Below, piece after piece: positions 9,465 through 17,919 of a DNA stretch of 64,000 nt. Source of the DNA: Pirellulales bacterium (lineage in GTDB: Bacteria; Planctomycetota; Planctomycetia; Pirellulales; UBA1268); the NCBI GenBank assembly GCA_044236455.1, contig JBIIGJ010000001.1, positions 19,888-83,887 on the forward strand, read 5' to 3'. Below the pieces are notes generated by a model. That model was not told the origin of the DNA, did not search any database, and saw nothing but the letters and a program-made list of their open reading frames with translations. The position numbers were made by a program, and so were the translations under genes. The number at the start of each line of letters is the position of its first letter. The stretch's first letter is position 1.

Positions 9465-10507
9465 TGGGCGGGAGACCAGTCGTTCGTCAGGCCGTCCAGG
9501 GCGCCCGTCGCGATCCGGCGGGTGAGCGACGGCGACTCCAGGTAGGCCGGGAATCGGTGGCTCTTTCCGACGATCGGGGCAGCGTCGATCTGCAGGAATG
9601 CAATGTCCGGAGGCAGCCAGCGGGCCGGCATGCCCTCGTGTCCCAATGCCTCGGTCCGCAGATCGGGATCGATAAATTCGAAGAATTTGAGCGCCGAATC
9701 CCGCGTGTTGTTCAGCAGCGTCAGCCGGTCGATGCACGGGAGCACCTTCCGATATTCGCCGCACGGGGCCAGAGCGTCGTGGCGGACGGCCGATGCCACG
9801 AGCACCAGATGGAGCCGACCGGGGCGATCGATCCATGACTGCAGATCGGAACGTCCCGACCGCTGTGCCACAACGAGATTGTCGAGCGATTCAAGCGTGA
9901 TCAGCCCGCCGTAACTGTAGGCTACGATCGCCACCGACCGCTCAGGCTCGACCTGACCCAAGAGCCATGCGAGGTAATGGCCGTCGGTCATGGCCCGCGC
10001 GTATTTGGCTCGGCTGTCCCGCAACAGCAATCCCTCCTGCGAACTCGGCCATGAAAAGATCACCGTGCGGACCGGAGAGCCGTCCGGACGGCACGCCGCA
10101 CTCCGTCGGGCCAGCAGCAGTCCCTGCGACTTCGCCGAAGCCGGATCGTAGCGGTTGCCGTGGATGAAAATCATGAGCGGCCGCTGCGGGGCACCGAGCA
10201 GGCTCGGCAGATCCGACGGCTGCCAGCGAGCGCACTCCCCGGTGGAAACCAGCCGTTCCACGCCAAACGTGACGTTCGTGGGCACGAAACTGATGTCGGG
10301 CAGCCGTCGCGTACTGACGACCCAGACGTCGTCGGCACCGACCCCGCCATCTCCCGGACAGGGCTCGGCTACCGATTGTTCGCTCGGCGCGTCGGCCCGG
10401 GCCGACCGTGCCAGCGTCGGCGGGCAGGAGCACAATGCCGCGAGCGCCGCCAGAGTGAATAAAGGGTGGGACGCGGTGAAAAAACGCAAGGCAGACACCG
10501 AACGCAT
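9461..10507 (-). CDS. alpha/beta hydrolase, DUF900-like esterase
   Basis: 'IFIHGNRYD' and the nucleophile elbow 'AYSYGG'. Signal peptide from ATG 10507 (MRSVSALRFF..). Its stop overlaps the epimerase stop by 4 nt. Confidence 0.7.
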   Translation of the reverse strand: MRSVSALRFFTASHPLFTLAALAALCSCPPTLARSARADAPSEQSVAEPCPGDGGVGADDVWVVSTRRLPDISFVPTNVTFGVERLVSTGECARWQPSDLPSLLGAPQRPLMIFIHGNRYDPASAKSQGLLLARRSAACRPDGSPVRTVIFSWPSSQEGLLLRDSRAKYARAMTDGHYLAWLLGQVEPERSVAIVAYSYGGLITLESLDNLVVAQRSGRSDLQSWIDRPGRLHLVLVASAVRHDALAPCGEYRKVLPCIDRLTLLNNTRDSALKFFEFIDPDLRTEALGHEGMPARWLPPDIAFLQIDAAPIVGKSHRFPAYLESPSLTRRIATGALDGLTNDWSPAH

Positions 10508-10802
10508 GGAAACCCAGCCTAAGCCGTGATGCGGCAATTGAAGTCATCGACGCTTTGCAAGATTAGCATGCGTTTCACGGCACCAGCGCGGTTGATGGCA
10601 AGGGGTGTGGCACAGTCGGCCGGCAGAGTCGCCGCCGCTGGCACAGTCGGCACGGATGGCTTTGAACAGTGTGGAAATTTTTTTGAGAAATGTGCCCGGC
10701 CGTCCGACACGGCACCGGATCATGAGCTAGGGTTTGAAGGCGTCGTCGCGGACGACGCATCGTGTTCGACCGCGGGTCGTGCCCGACTCGACGGTGGTGG
10801 AG

Positions 10803-11126
10803 ATGCCAACCATGTGCCGTTCCCTGTGCCTTGTGATTGCCCTCGGTAGCCTGGCGGCCGCCCCGGGCTGCAGTAGTTGTTTCGGTAGCTCGAACAGCTG
10901 CCGCCGTCCCTCGTTCATGGAGTTTCGCTCGCCCTGCGCGGGCGGTGCAGCGCCTTGTGCGGCCCCGGCGGCCCAGCCCTGTGCCCCACCCTGCCAGCCC
11001 GCCTGCGGGGCTCCGATGCAGGAGCCGGCCTGTGGCCCGGCGTGTGGCCCGTGTGGTGCAGGTGGGGGCGGCGTGGTGTCACCCTCATCGACGCCGATCG
11101 TGGTCGAGCCGGGAACGTTCAGCTGA
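10803..11126 (+). CDS. small Cys/Pro/Ala-rich lipoprotein, unknown function
   Basis: Lipobox 'LAAAPGC' follows 'M(PTM)CRSLCLVIALGS'. The mature part carries about 12 Cys in PxC / CxxxC spacing (..APCAAPAAQPCAPPCQPACG..ACGPACGPCG). Confidence 0.55.
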   Translation: MPTMCRSLCLVIALGSLAAAPGCSSCFGSSNSCRRPSFMEFRSPCAGGAAPCAAPAAQPCAPPCQPACGAPMQEPACGPACGPCGAGGGGVVSPSSTPIVVEPGTFS

Positions 11127-11441
11127 CCGGCGGCCGGTGCGACCGTCCGCCCTTCCGGTGATGTGCCGTTCTTGCCGGCCAAGCGTCGGGCAAGCAGCAC
11201 GCAGTGTGCCTGCTCCCGATTCGAGCGGCTCGTCACCGGTGGGGCGTTCGTCACGTCAATCCATGGCTTTCCGCCGTGGATGCGTGGGCACCGCTTTCCC
11301 GTCGCCACCGCCCCGGGCCTCCGTGAGGGCGGATCGCCGTTTGACGACACGCCCACGGCGGAAGCCGGCGGATTCGCGCGACCGCACACCCTCCCGCCTG
11401 CCATCTGGCGTGGTCCCGCCTCGAAACGTCCGGGCTTTTCC

Positions 11442-11470
11442 TGAGGCTCCTGGCGGCTCGTATACTCGCG
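11442..11470 (+). promoter_or_regulatory. candidate sigma70-type promoter upstream of ffh
   Basis: TTCCTG (11442-11447), 17-nt spacer, TATACT (11465-11470), 29 nt before the ffh ATG. Pattern match only. Confidence 0.25.
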
Positions 11471-11498
11471 GCTCCCGTTTCCCTCCCACGGAGCCGTC

Positions 11499-12965
11499 AT
11501 GTTTGAGTCGCTGACCGCGTCGCTTTCCTCCGCACTGAACACCCTGCGGGGCCGCGGCAAGCTCACTGAAGCCAACATGCGAGAGGGCCTGTCCGGGGTC
11601 CGCACCGCCCTGCTGGAAGCGGACGTGGCCTACGACGTCGTCGAGACATTTCTATCGCGGGTCGTCGATGATGCGGTGGGGTCGAGGGTGCTCGAATCGC
11701 TCGACCCGGCCCAGCAGCTCGTGGGCATCGTGCATCAGGAACTGGTCAACCTCATGGGGCCGGTGGATCACTCGCTCCACCTGCAGCCGGGCAAGACCAC
11801 CATCCTGATGCTCTGCGGCCTGCAGGGCTCGGGCAAGACGACCTCCTGCGGCAAGCTGGCGAAGCGGATCAAACAGCAGGGCCAGGGCGTGATGCTCGTG
11901 GCGGCCGACCTCCAGCGTCCGGCGGCTATCGAGCAGCTGGCGGTGCTTGGCGGGCAGATCGGCGTGCCGGTGCACGTGCCGGACGGGGTCACCGATCCGG
12001 TCGCCGTCTGCCGTGCCGGCGTGGCCCGCGCCCAGAAGGAGGGGATCTCCGTCGTCATTCTCGACACGGCCGGCCGGCTCTCGATCGACGAGGCGCTCAT
12101 GCAGGAGCTCACGAAGATCGACCGCACCGTGGGGCCGGACCAGGTCTACCTCGTGGTCGACGCGATGACCGGACAAGACGCGGTGAAGAGTGCCAAGGCC
12201 TTCAATGAGGCGCTCGAGCTCGACGGCGTCATCATGACGAAACTCGATGGCGATGCCCGCGGCGGCGCCGCGCTGTCGGTGAAGACCGTGACAGGAGTGC
12301 CGATCAAGTTCATCGGCACCGGCGAACAGATCGAGGCCCTCGAGGATTTTCACGCCGAACGGATGGCGGGGCGGATCCTCGGCATGGGCGACGTCGTCAC
12401 GCTGGTCGAGGAGGCACAGCGGAAGTTCGACCAGGACGAGATGAAGCGGCAGGAGGAACGACTCCGCGCGGGCGAGTTCACGCTCGACGACTTCAAAAAG
12501 GTGCTGCTGCAGACCCGCCGTCTGGGCCCGATGGGCAAGGTGCTCGGCATGATCCCGGGCATGGGCGGCATGCAGGAGATGCTGGCCGGCGCCGATCTCG
12601 ACAAGGACGTCAACCGCCTTTTCGGCATCATCGATGCGATGACGCCGGCCGAGCGGCGCAACCCCTCACGCGTCGTCGACCAGTCGCGCCGCCGCCGGAT
12701 CGCAGCCGGTGCCGGTGTCGAACCGCATGAGGTGGGCGACCTGGTCAAGCAATTCGACGGCATGAGTGCGATGATGAAGGGCATGGCGGGGCTCGGCATG
12801 CGGGACCGTCTCCGCGAGGTGCAGCGGTTGCAGGCGCAGCTGAGCAATCCCGCCGCGCGGCTCGGCCGGCCGAAGGGCGACACGGGCAAGCGGCTCACCG
12901 CCGATGAGCGGCGCAAGCAGAAGAAGCAGCGGGAGAAAGACGCCCGCCGCAAGAAGCGCGGGTGA
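11499..12965 (+). CDS. ffh: signal recognition particle protein
   Basis: SRP54 N/G domain '[15 protein letters not shown]', 'DTAGR' and '[14 protein letters not shown]'. The M domain is Met-rich, and the C-terminal tail is basic. Confidence 0.97.
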   Translation: MFESLTASLSSALNTLRGRGKLTEANMREGLSGVRTALLEADVAYDVVETFLSRVVDDAVGSRVLESLDPAQQLVGIVHQELVNLMGPVDHSLHLQPGKTTILMLCGLQGSGKTTSCGKLAKRIKQQGQGVMLVAADLQRPAAIEQLAVLGGQIGVPVHVPDGVTDPVAVCRAGVARAQKEGISVVILDTAGRLSIDEALMQELTKIDRTVGPDQVYLVVDAMTGQDAVKSAKAFNEALELDGVIMTKLDGDARGGAALSVKTVTGVPIKFIGTGEQIEALEDFHAERMAGRILGMGDVVTLVEEAQRKFDQDEMKRQEERLRAGEFTLDDFKKVLLQTRRLGPMGKVLGMIPGMGGMQEMLAGADLDKDVNRLFGIIDAMTPAERRNPSRVVDQSRRRRIAAGAGVEPHEVGDLVKQFDGMSAMMKGMAGLGMRDRLREVQRLQAQLSNPAARLGRPKGDTGKRLTADERRKQKKQREKDARRKKRG

Positions 12966-12975
12966 GTAGCTTCAC

Positions 12976-13006
12976 GCAAAACACGACATCCTGTCGTTTT
13001 TGCTTG
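12976..13006 (+). terminator. candidate intrinsic terminator after ffh (copy 1)
   Basis: Hairpin gcaaaacaCGACAtccTGTCGtttttgc followed by a T-rich tail (TTTTTGCTT). It begins 11 nt after the ffh stop. Confidence 0.5.
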
Positions 13007-13079
13007 GCCGGCCTCCGCCGGCTGGTGCTGCGCATGGCCTCCTTCCACGCTGATCAACGAGGGCGGGCTCTGTCTTCAC

Positions 13080-13107
13080 GCGAAACACGGCATCCTGCCG
13101 TTTTCGC
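13080..13107 (+). terminator. second terminator-like hairpin (copy 2 of the tandem repeat)
   Basis: gcgaaacaCGGCAtccTGCCGttttcgc. Same architecture as 12976-13003, with a TTTT tract. Confidence 0.4.
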
Positions 13108-13163
13108 TTGGCAAACGCAGTTTGCTGGTGCTGCGCATGGCATCCTGCCATGCCGATCGACGA

Positions 13164-13282
13164 GGGCGGGCTCCCCGAACACCGAAGCGAGCATCAGGCG
13201 CCTCGGCGCACTGAGCCCACCATCATCCCTGACGCGGTCGCCGAGCCGCCGAGCGAGCGGAGCGTGTTCGGGGAGCCCGCCC
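13164..13282. repeat. perfect 19-bp inverted repeat with 81-nt spacer in the rpsP upstream region
   Basis: gggcgggctccccgaacac (13164-13182) is the exact reverse complement of gtgttcggggagcccgccc (13264-13282). Confidence 0.9.
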
Positions 13283-13407
13283 GGCACGGCAGCGGCGATT
13301 TCCGTAAAAAAGCCGGAAAAACCGGGCTCTGGAAGGTGGGCTTGGGTTCCGGCGCCGGTCGGGTACGCTAAGGGGCTCGATCAATCCTTTCCGAGGAGAC
13401 TGCGACC

Positions 13408-13881
13408 GTGGCTGTGGCGATTCGAATGAAGCGAATGGGCCGGAAGAACCGTGCCTTTTACAGGATTTGTGCGACTGACCGGCGGAGCCCGCGGGACGGC
13501 CGCGTGATCGAGGTGCTCGGCACCTACGATCCTTCCGTGCCCGATACCGATGCCCGCTGCCTGCTCAACAACGAGCGGGTCAACTACTGGCTCAGCGTTG
13601 GCGCCCAGCCCAGTGACGCGGTGCGGGTGCTCGTCAAGAAATATGGTGCGAATGGCACGCGGCTCAAGGAGATGGAGCAGGCCCGCGCCAAGCTCTCCTT
13701 GCCCAAGGTCGTGCCCGCGGCCGGCGAGCCTGTGTTCGTCCCCGAGCCCAAGGCGGAACCGGCCGCTGCAACTGCGGCCCCGGTGGAAGCCGCTCCGGAG
13801 TCGGTTGCTGCCGCACCCGTGGCCGAATCCTCCGTCCCTGCGGCCGATGCCGGTGGGGAGCCGCAGCCAGAGCAAGCCTGA
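13408..13881 (+). CDS. rpsP: 30S ribosomal protein S16 with long Ala/Pro/Glu-rich C-terminal extension
   Basis: '[40 protein letters not shown]' is the bS16 core. GTG start with GAGGAG 10 nt upstream. About 75 extra C-terminal residues. Confidence 0.95.
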   Translation: MAVAIRMKRMGRKNRAFYRICATDRRSPRDGRVIEVLGTYDPSVPDTDARCLLNNERVNYWLSVGAQPSDAVRVLVKKYGANGTRLKEMEQARAKLSLPKVVPAAGEPVFVPEPKAEPAAATAAPVEAAPESVAAAPVAESSVPAADAGGEPQPEQA

Positions 13882-13910
13882 TCAAGCCTGCCAATGCCTC
13901 TGCCGATCCC

Positions 13911-14618
13911 ATGCGCATCGACATCCTCACCCTGTTTCCCGAGATGTTTACGGGCTTCCTTGACGGAAGCCTGCTCGGTGAGGCGCGTCGTTCGCGGCTG
14001 ATTGACGTCTGCCTGACGAACATCCGCGACTTCGCTGAGGGCGTGCATCGGCAGGTGGACGACAGGCCCTACGGCGGTGGACCGGGAATGCTGCTCATGC
14101 CCGGTCCGGTCGTGTCGTGCGTCGAGGCCGTGCAGCAGCAGGCCGATGCCCCCGGCCATCTCGTCATGCTGACGCCCGGCGGTCGGCGATTGGATCAGGC
14201 CGGTGTTGAGGAGCTTGCCCGCAAGCAGCGGATCGTGCTCGTGTGCGGCCGCTACGAGGGCTTCGACGACCGTGTCCGCGAAACACTCAAGCCCGATGAG
14301 ATCTCCATCGGCGACTATGTGCTCTCCGGTGGCGAGGTGGCGGCGATGGTGATCGTCGACGCGGTCGCCCGCTTGCTGCCCGGCGTGCTGGGCGATGAAG
14401 AGAGTGCCCGACAGGATTCCTTCTCCGGCGCCGATCGCCTGGTGGAAGGCCCCCAATACACCCGGCCGCGGGAGTTTCGCGGCCTGCGCGTGCCCGACGT
14501 GTTGTTGTCGGGCGACCATGGCCGGATCGCAACGTGGCGGCACGAACAGGCCGTCGATGCGACCCGTCGCCGTGTCCCAGCCAATCTTTCCCGCCATCCT
14601 TCCCCAGAGCGTTCCTAA
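13911..14618 (+). CDS. trmD: tRNA (guanine37-N1)-methyltransferase
   Basis: '[13 protein letters not shown]', '[16 protein letters not shown]' and '[12 protein letters not shown]' are TrmD motifs. Confidence 0.95.
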   Translation: MRIDILTLFPEMFTGFLDGSLLGEARRSRLIDVCLTNIRDFAEGVHRQVDDRPYGGGPGMLLMPGPVVSCVEAVQQQADAPGHLVMLTPGGRRLDQAGVEELARKQRIVLVCGRYEGFDDRVRETLKPDEISIGDYVLSGGEVAAMVIVDAVARLLPGVLGDEESARQDSFSGADRLVEGPQYTRPREFRGLRVPDVLLSGDHGRIATWRHEQAVDATRRRVPANLSRHPSPERS

Positions 14619-14628
14619 AGGAGCCGTC

Positions 14629-15042
14629 GTGAGCCAGCAAATCCTCGCCAAAGTCGAAGCCTCCAGCCTCAAGTCGGAGGTGCCCCAGTTCGCCATTGGC
14701 GACACCGTCGACGTGCATACCCGCATCCTCGAAGGTGAGAAGGAGCGGGTTCAGATCTTCAACGGCGTCGTCATCGCCAAGAGTGGATCCGGCAGCCGCG
14801 AGACGTTTACCGTCCGGCGAATCGTCGCGGGCGAAGGCGTCGAGCGGAAGTTTCCGATCCACTCACCGAAGATCGCCAAGGTCGAGGTGAAGCGGTCGGG
14901 CGTGTCGCGTCGGGCCAAGCTCTATTATCTCCGCGATCGCGTCGGCAAGTCGGTGCGTCTCCGCGAGAAGCGCGACGACGTCGCCGCCGCCGAGGCGACG
15001 GCGAAGAAGGCGGCCGGCAAAAAGGCGACGGCGAAGGCCTGA
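14629..15042 (+). CDS. rplS: 50S ribosomal protein L19
   Basis: 'FAIGDTVDVHTRILEGEKERVQIFNGVVIAKSGSG..ETFTVRR' is the bL19 core. GTG start at 14629 is preceded by AAAGGAG. The track ORF 14395..15042 is an N-terminal over-extension. Confidence 0.95.
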   Translation: MSQQILAKVEASSLKSEVPQFAIGDTVDVHTRILEGEKERVQIFNGVVIAKSGSGSRETFTVRRIVAGEGVERKFPIHSPKIAKVEVKRSGVSRRAKLYYLRDRVGKSVRLREKRDDVAAAEATAKKAAGKKATAKA

Positions 15043-15061
15043 GTAGCTCATCGGTGCCCGG

Positions 15062-15451
15062 GTGGCAGCCATGACGTCGCGTGATCCAAGGCAGGCGTTG
15101 GGCCGACAGGGCGAGGCAGAGGCGGAAAAATTCCTCCGCGGTCTTGGCTACCGGATCGTGGGCCGCCGCGAGCGGGTGCTCCGTGGAGACATCGATCTGG
15201 TGGCCCTTGACGGTCGCACGGTGGTGTTCGTCGAGGTGCGATCGCGGACCGACACGGCCCACGGACATCCGGCGGAAACCGTCGGCCCGCAGAAGCAGCG
15301 GCGGATTGCCGAACTCGCCACGGCCTACATTCGCCGTCACCGCCTGGAAGATTGCCAGGTGCGGATCGACGTGGTGACCGTGACGTTCGGCACCGCGGGT
15401 TCCCGACCAGTCGTCGAGCATTTTCAAAACGCCTTTGACAGCCCCTGGTGA
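15062..15451 (+). CDS. yraN: YraN-family (UPF0102) endonuclease-like protein
   Basis: 'GEAEAEKFLRGLGYRIVGRRERVLRGDIDLVALDGRTVVFVEVRSR' matches the UPF0102 core. Confidence 0.85.
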   Translation: MAAMTSRDPRQALGRQGEAEAEKFLRGLGYRIVGRRERVLRGDIDLVALDGRTVVFVEVRSRTDTAHGHPAETVGPQKQRRIAELATAYIRRHRLEDCQVRIDVVTVTFGTAGSRPVVEHFQNAFDSPW

Positions 15452-15460
15452 TAGCCGCCC

Positions 15461-15790
15461 ATGCCATGGTTGTATCTGATCATCGCGATCGTGGCCGAAG
15501 TGGTCGGCACGAGTTTTCTCCGCGCCTCGGAGGGCTTCACGAAGCTCGTGCCCAGCGTCATGGTCGTGATCGGCTACGGGTTGGCTTTTTTCTTTCTGTC
15601 GCTGACGCTCAAGGATATTCCTGTGGGGATCGCCTACGCCGTCTGGAGCGGCGCGGGGGTGACACTGATCGCCGCGATCGGCTGGCTCTTTCTCGGCCAG
15701 AAGCTCGACGCCGCGGCGATCCTCGGCATGGCGCTGATCATCGCCGGCGTCGTCGTGCTCAATCTGTTTTCGAAGGCGGGCGGTCACTGA
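15461..15790 (+). CDS. SMR-family small multidrug efflux protein (EmrE/QacE-like)
   Basis: 109 aa with 4 TM segments. '[21 protein letters not shown]' carries the conserved membrane Glu, and 'YAVWSGAG' is present. Confidence 0.9.
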   Translation: MPWLYLIIAIVAEVVGTSFLRASEGFTKLVPSVMVVIGYGLAFFFLSLTLKDIPVGIAYAVWSGAGVTLIAAIGWLFLGQKLDAAAILGMALIIAGVVVLNLFSKAGGH

Positions 15791-15810
15791 GTCCGAAGTC
15801 CGAAGCGGCC

Positions 15811-16044
15811 GGGGCTGCCCATCACCCGTCGCCGGACGTTCGCTTCGGGCATGCGGCTTTCGCGCCGTCGCCGCCGTCCCGGCGTCGGTTCCGGCTTACG
15901 TTCGCCGGGCGAAGCCCGTCTCATGGGAACGCCTTCGCATCACTCGATGCTGACTGCGCTTCGGCATCCTGCCTGCGCCGACCAATCCGCTGAGACGGAT
16001 CGGTGCCCGAGCAACGCCGGCTCTCGGGGCATGGGCAGCCCCTC
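15811..16044. repeat. dispersed intergenic repeat, long copy (three hairpin modules with two insertions)
   Basis: Modules 15811-15853, 15932-15978 and 16009-16044 match the reverse complement of 22700-22836 almost base for base. Confidence 0.85.
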
Positions 16045-16057
16045 GCGGAATCTTGGA

Positions 16058-16825
16058 TCACAGTCCCAGCGGGCGGCCGAGCAGCTTCACGCTGGCGAAT
16101 GCGAGCACGGCCGCCATCAGCAGCCGCAGGGTCCGTGCCGGCAGGCGGAACGCGCCGAAGTGCGAGCCGATCGCGCCGCCGAGCACGGCGGCCGCGATCA
16201 CCGGCAGGCCGGCGGCCGGAAACGGTCGACCGGCGAGCAGGCCGCCGCCGAGGCCTGCGAGCGAATTAACGAGAATAAAGGGCGCCGTCACGGCGGCGAT
16301 GGTCTTCACCGGTGCCGCGCCGAGCGCCAGCAGTGCCGGCGTCAGAAACACGCCGCCACCCACTCCCGTGAGCCCTGACAACAGGCCGATTCCGCCGCCA
16401 AGTGCCCCCATCATCACGGGCGTGAGCCACGGCCTCAGCGGCAAGATCGGCGATAGTTCCTGGTGATCGCGAGGCTGTCTGCGGGCATCGAGCAGCATCC
16501 GTGCCGCCGTCGCCAGCAGCACGCCGCCGAGCACCACCTCGAACGCGGCCGTGGGCAGCGAGATCGCGCCGCCAATAAACGCGCACGGCACGCTCGCCAC
16601 GGCCAGGGGCCAGAAGAGCTGCGGCCTAAAATGGCCCGCACGGAAAAACTGGACGGTCGTGATCGTTGCCACGATCACGTTGAGCGACAGCGCCGTGGGC
16701 CGGACCGTCGCTGGTGGCATACCGAGAAGGGTCATGACCGCGATGTAGCCCGTCGCGCCGGCATGCCCCACGGAGGCATAGAGCAAGGCGACGAGCCCGA
16801 TCGCCAGCGGCAGGATGGCGTGCAT
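16058..16825 (-). CDS. TauE/SafE-family sulfite/anion exporter
   Basis: 255-aa polytopic membrane protein with an internal duplication and Gly-rich helices ('GLLSGLTGVGGGVFLTPALL') typical of TauE/SafE (DUF81). Confidence 0.8.
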   Translation of the reverse strand: MHAILPLAIGLVALLYASVGHAGATGYIAVMTLLGMPPATVRPTALSLNVIVATITTVQFFRAGHFRPQLFWPLAVASVPCAFIGGAISLPTAAFEVVLGGVLLATAARMLLDARRQPRDHQELSPILPLRPWLTPVMMGALGGGIGLLSGLTGVGGGVFLTPALLALGAAPVKTIAAVTAPFILVNSLAGLGGGLLAGRPFPAAGLPVIAAAVLGGAIGSHFGAFRLPARTLRLLMAAVLAFASVKLLGRPLGL

Positions 16826-16837
16826 GTGGCTGTGCGC

Positions 16838-17248
16838 TCAGACGGACGTCACGGCGTGCTTCTTGAGGAGTTCGAAGGGCACGATGTCGAGCGACTTTTC
16901 GTGCGTCGCTTCCAGCACGACCGGCGGCGCCCGGCCTTCCCGCGCCGCCTCCAGCCAGCGCGAGGCACAGAGGCACCACCGATCCCCCTCGACGAGTCCC
17001 GCGAAGCCCCACTCCGGCCGCGGTGTCACCAGATCGTTCCCGGCCGCAACGGTGAAGACCAGGAAGTCTTTCGTCATCACGGCGCAGACCGTGTGTACGC
17101 CGACGTCGTCGGGCCCGGTGCGGCAGCAGCCGTCACGGAAGAAGCCTGTCAGCGGCTCGCTGGAACAGGGGGCCAGCGGCAGCCCCAGCACGTTGCGGTC
17201 GGGTTTCTTGCCGGGGTGGGCATCGGCGGGACGGTCGAACGCGATCAT
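16838..17248 (-). CDS. DUF2237 family protein
   Basis: 'PLTGFFRDGCCRTGPDDVGVHTVCAVMT..FL' and 'GDRWCLCASRW' are DUF2237 hallmarks. Confidence 0.85.
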   Translation of the reverse strand: MIAFDRPADAHPGKKPDRNVLGLPLAPCSSEPLTGFFRDGCCRTGPDDVGVHTVCAVMTKDFLVFTVAAGNDLVTPRPEWGFAGLVEGDRWCLCASRWLEAAREGRAPPVVLEATHEKSLDIVPFELLKKHAVTSV

Positions 17249-17283
17249 GCGGCTGGTTCCGGCGTGGCGGGGATGGAGTCAGG

Positions 17284-17919
17284 ATGACGAAGGTGTCAGC
17301 CGGTATGATGCCCTGTTTCGCTCCGCCCCGCCAACCACGTGCCATGCTCAGCCTGCAATCCACCTCCGATGCCCGCTGGCTCGCCCAGGTCGACGCCCAC
17401 CTCAACGACATCCTCATCGACCACGCCCACTGCGAAAAGAAGGCGGCGGGCGTGGCGATGAACCTGCTGTTTTCCTACGTCGACCATGTGCCGCTGGCCC
17501 GCGCCATGACGGAGATCGTCAACGAGGAGCTGGCACATTTTCAGATGGTGCTCGATCTTTTGGAGCGACGGGGCATTCGCTTTCGCAAGCTCTCGCCCTC
17601 GAGTTACGGCCAGCGGCTCCACGCAGTCGTCCGCAAGGAGGAGCCGGCCAGGGCCATCGACCGGCTGCTTGTGGCGGGTCTCATCGAAGCCCGCAGCTGC
17701 GAGCGGTTTGCGCTCTTGCGCGACCATGTCGCCGACCCGGAGCTGCGCGAATTTTACGGCAGCCTGTTCGAATCCGAGGCCCGGCATCACGCCACGTATG
17801 TCCGTCTGGCCTGTGACGTGGCCCCCGAGGATACGGTGCGCGAACGCCTGCAGTGGCTGGCGGCGGAGGAAGCCGCGATCATTGCCCAGGGTGATCCGGT
17901 CGCCCGCATGCACAGCTGA
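17284..17919 (+). CDS. miaE: tRNA-(ms2io6A37)-hydroxylase (diiron MiaE)
   Basis: 'LIDHAHCEKKAAGVAMNLLF' and 'EELAHFQMV', 'EARSCERF', 'ESEARHH' are ferritin-like diiron ExxH motifs. An alternative start lies at ATG 17344. Confidence 0.85.
   Translation: MTKVSAGMMPCFAPPRQPRAMLSLQSTSDARWLAQVDAHLNDILIDHAHCEKKAAGVAMNLLFSYVDHVPLARAMTEIVNEELAHFQMVLDLLERRGIRFRKLSPSSYGQRLHAVVRKEEPARAIDRLLVAGLIEARSCERFALLRDHVADPELREFYGSLFESEARHHATYVRLACDVAPEDTVRERLQWLAAEEAAIIAQGDPVARMHS

Larger units (their letters stand above)
12970..13173. repeat. imperfect tandem direct repeat, 2 copies of about 100 nt (12970-13070 and 13074-13173)
   Basis: Both copies share 'cttcacgc[a/g]aaacacg[a/g]catcctg[t/c]cgttttt/c gcttgg ... 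ctggtgctgcgcatgg ... gat c[a/g]acgagggcgggctc'. Aligned by eye at about 75-80% identity. Confidence 0.85.

Noticed and set aside
11127-11498. SRP RNA (4.5S) or another ncRNA in the 372-nt region upstream of ffh. Also track ORF 11163-11444.
   Set aside because: I could not find the conserved SRP RNA domain IV sequence (..GGAAGCAGCC..-like). The ORF translation is low-complexity with no start signals.
12970-13173. Possible CRISPR array or rRNA/sRNA gene in the long ffh-rpsP spacer.
   Set aside because: There are only two ~100-nt imperfect direct copies with no short repeat/spacer periodicity and no cas genes. The hairpins carry plus-strand T tracts, consistent with terminators.
12966-13300. 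CsrB/RsmZ-like CsrA-sponge sRNA encoded on the minus strand, with about five hairpins showing GGA loops.
   Set aside because: Not called as a feature. No minus-strand promoter or terminator brackets it. The same hairpins carry T tracts on the plus strand right after ffh. At other unambiguous loci the sense transcript shows the UCC, not the GGA, face. The idea is kept only as a testable alternative in the findings.
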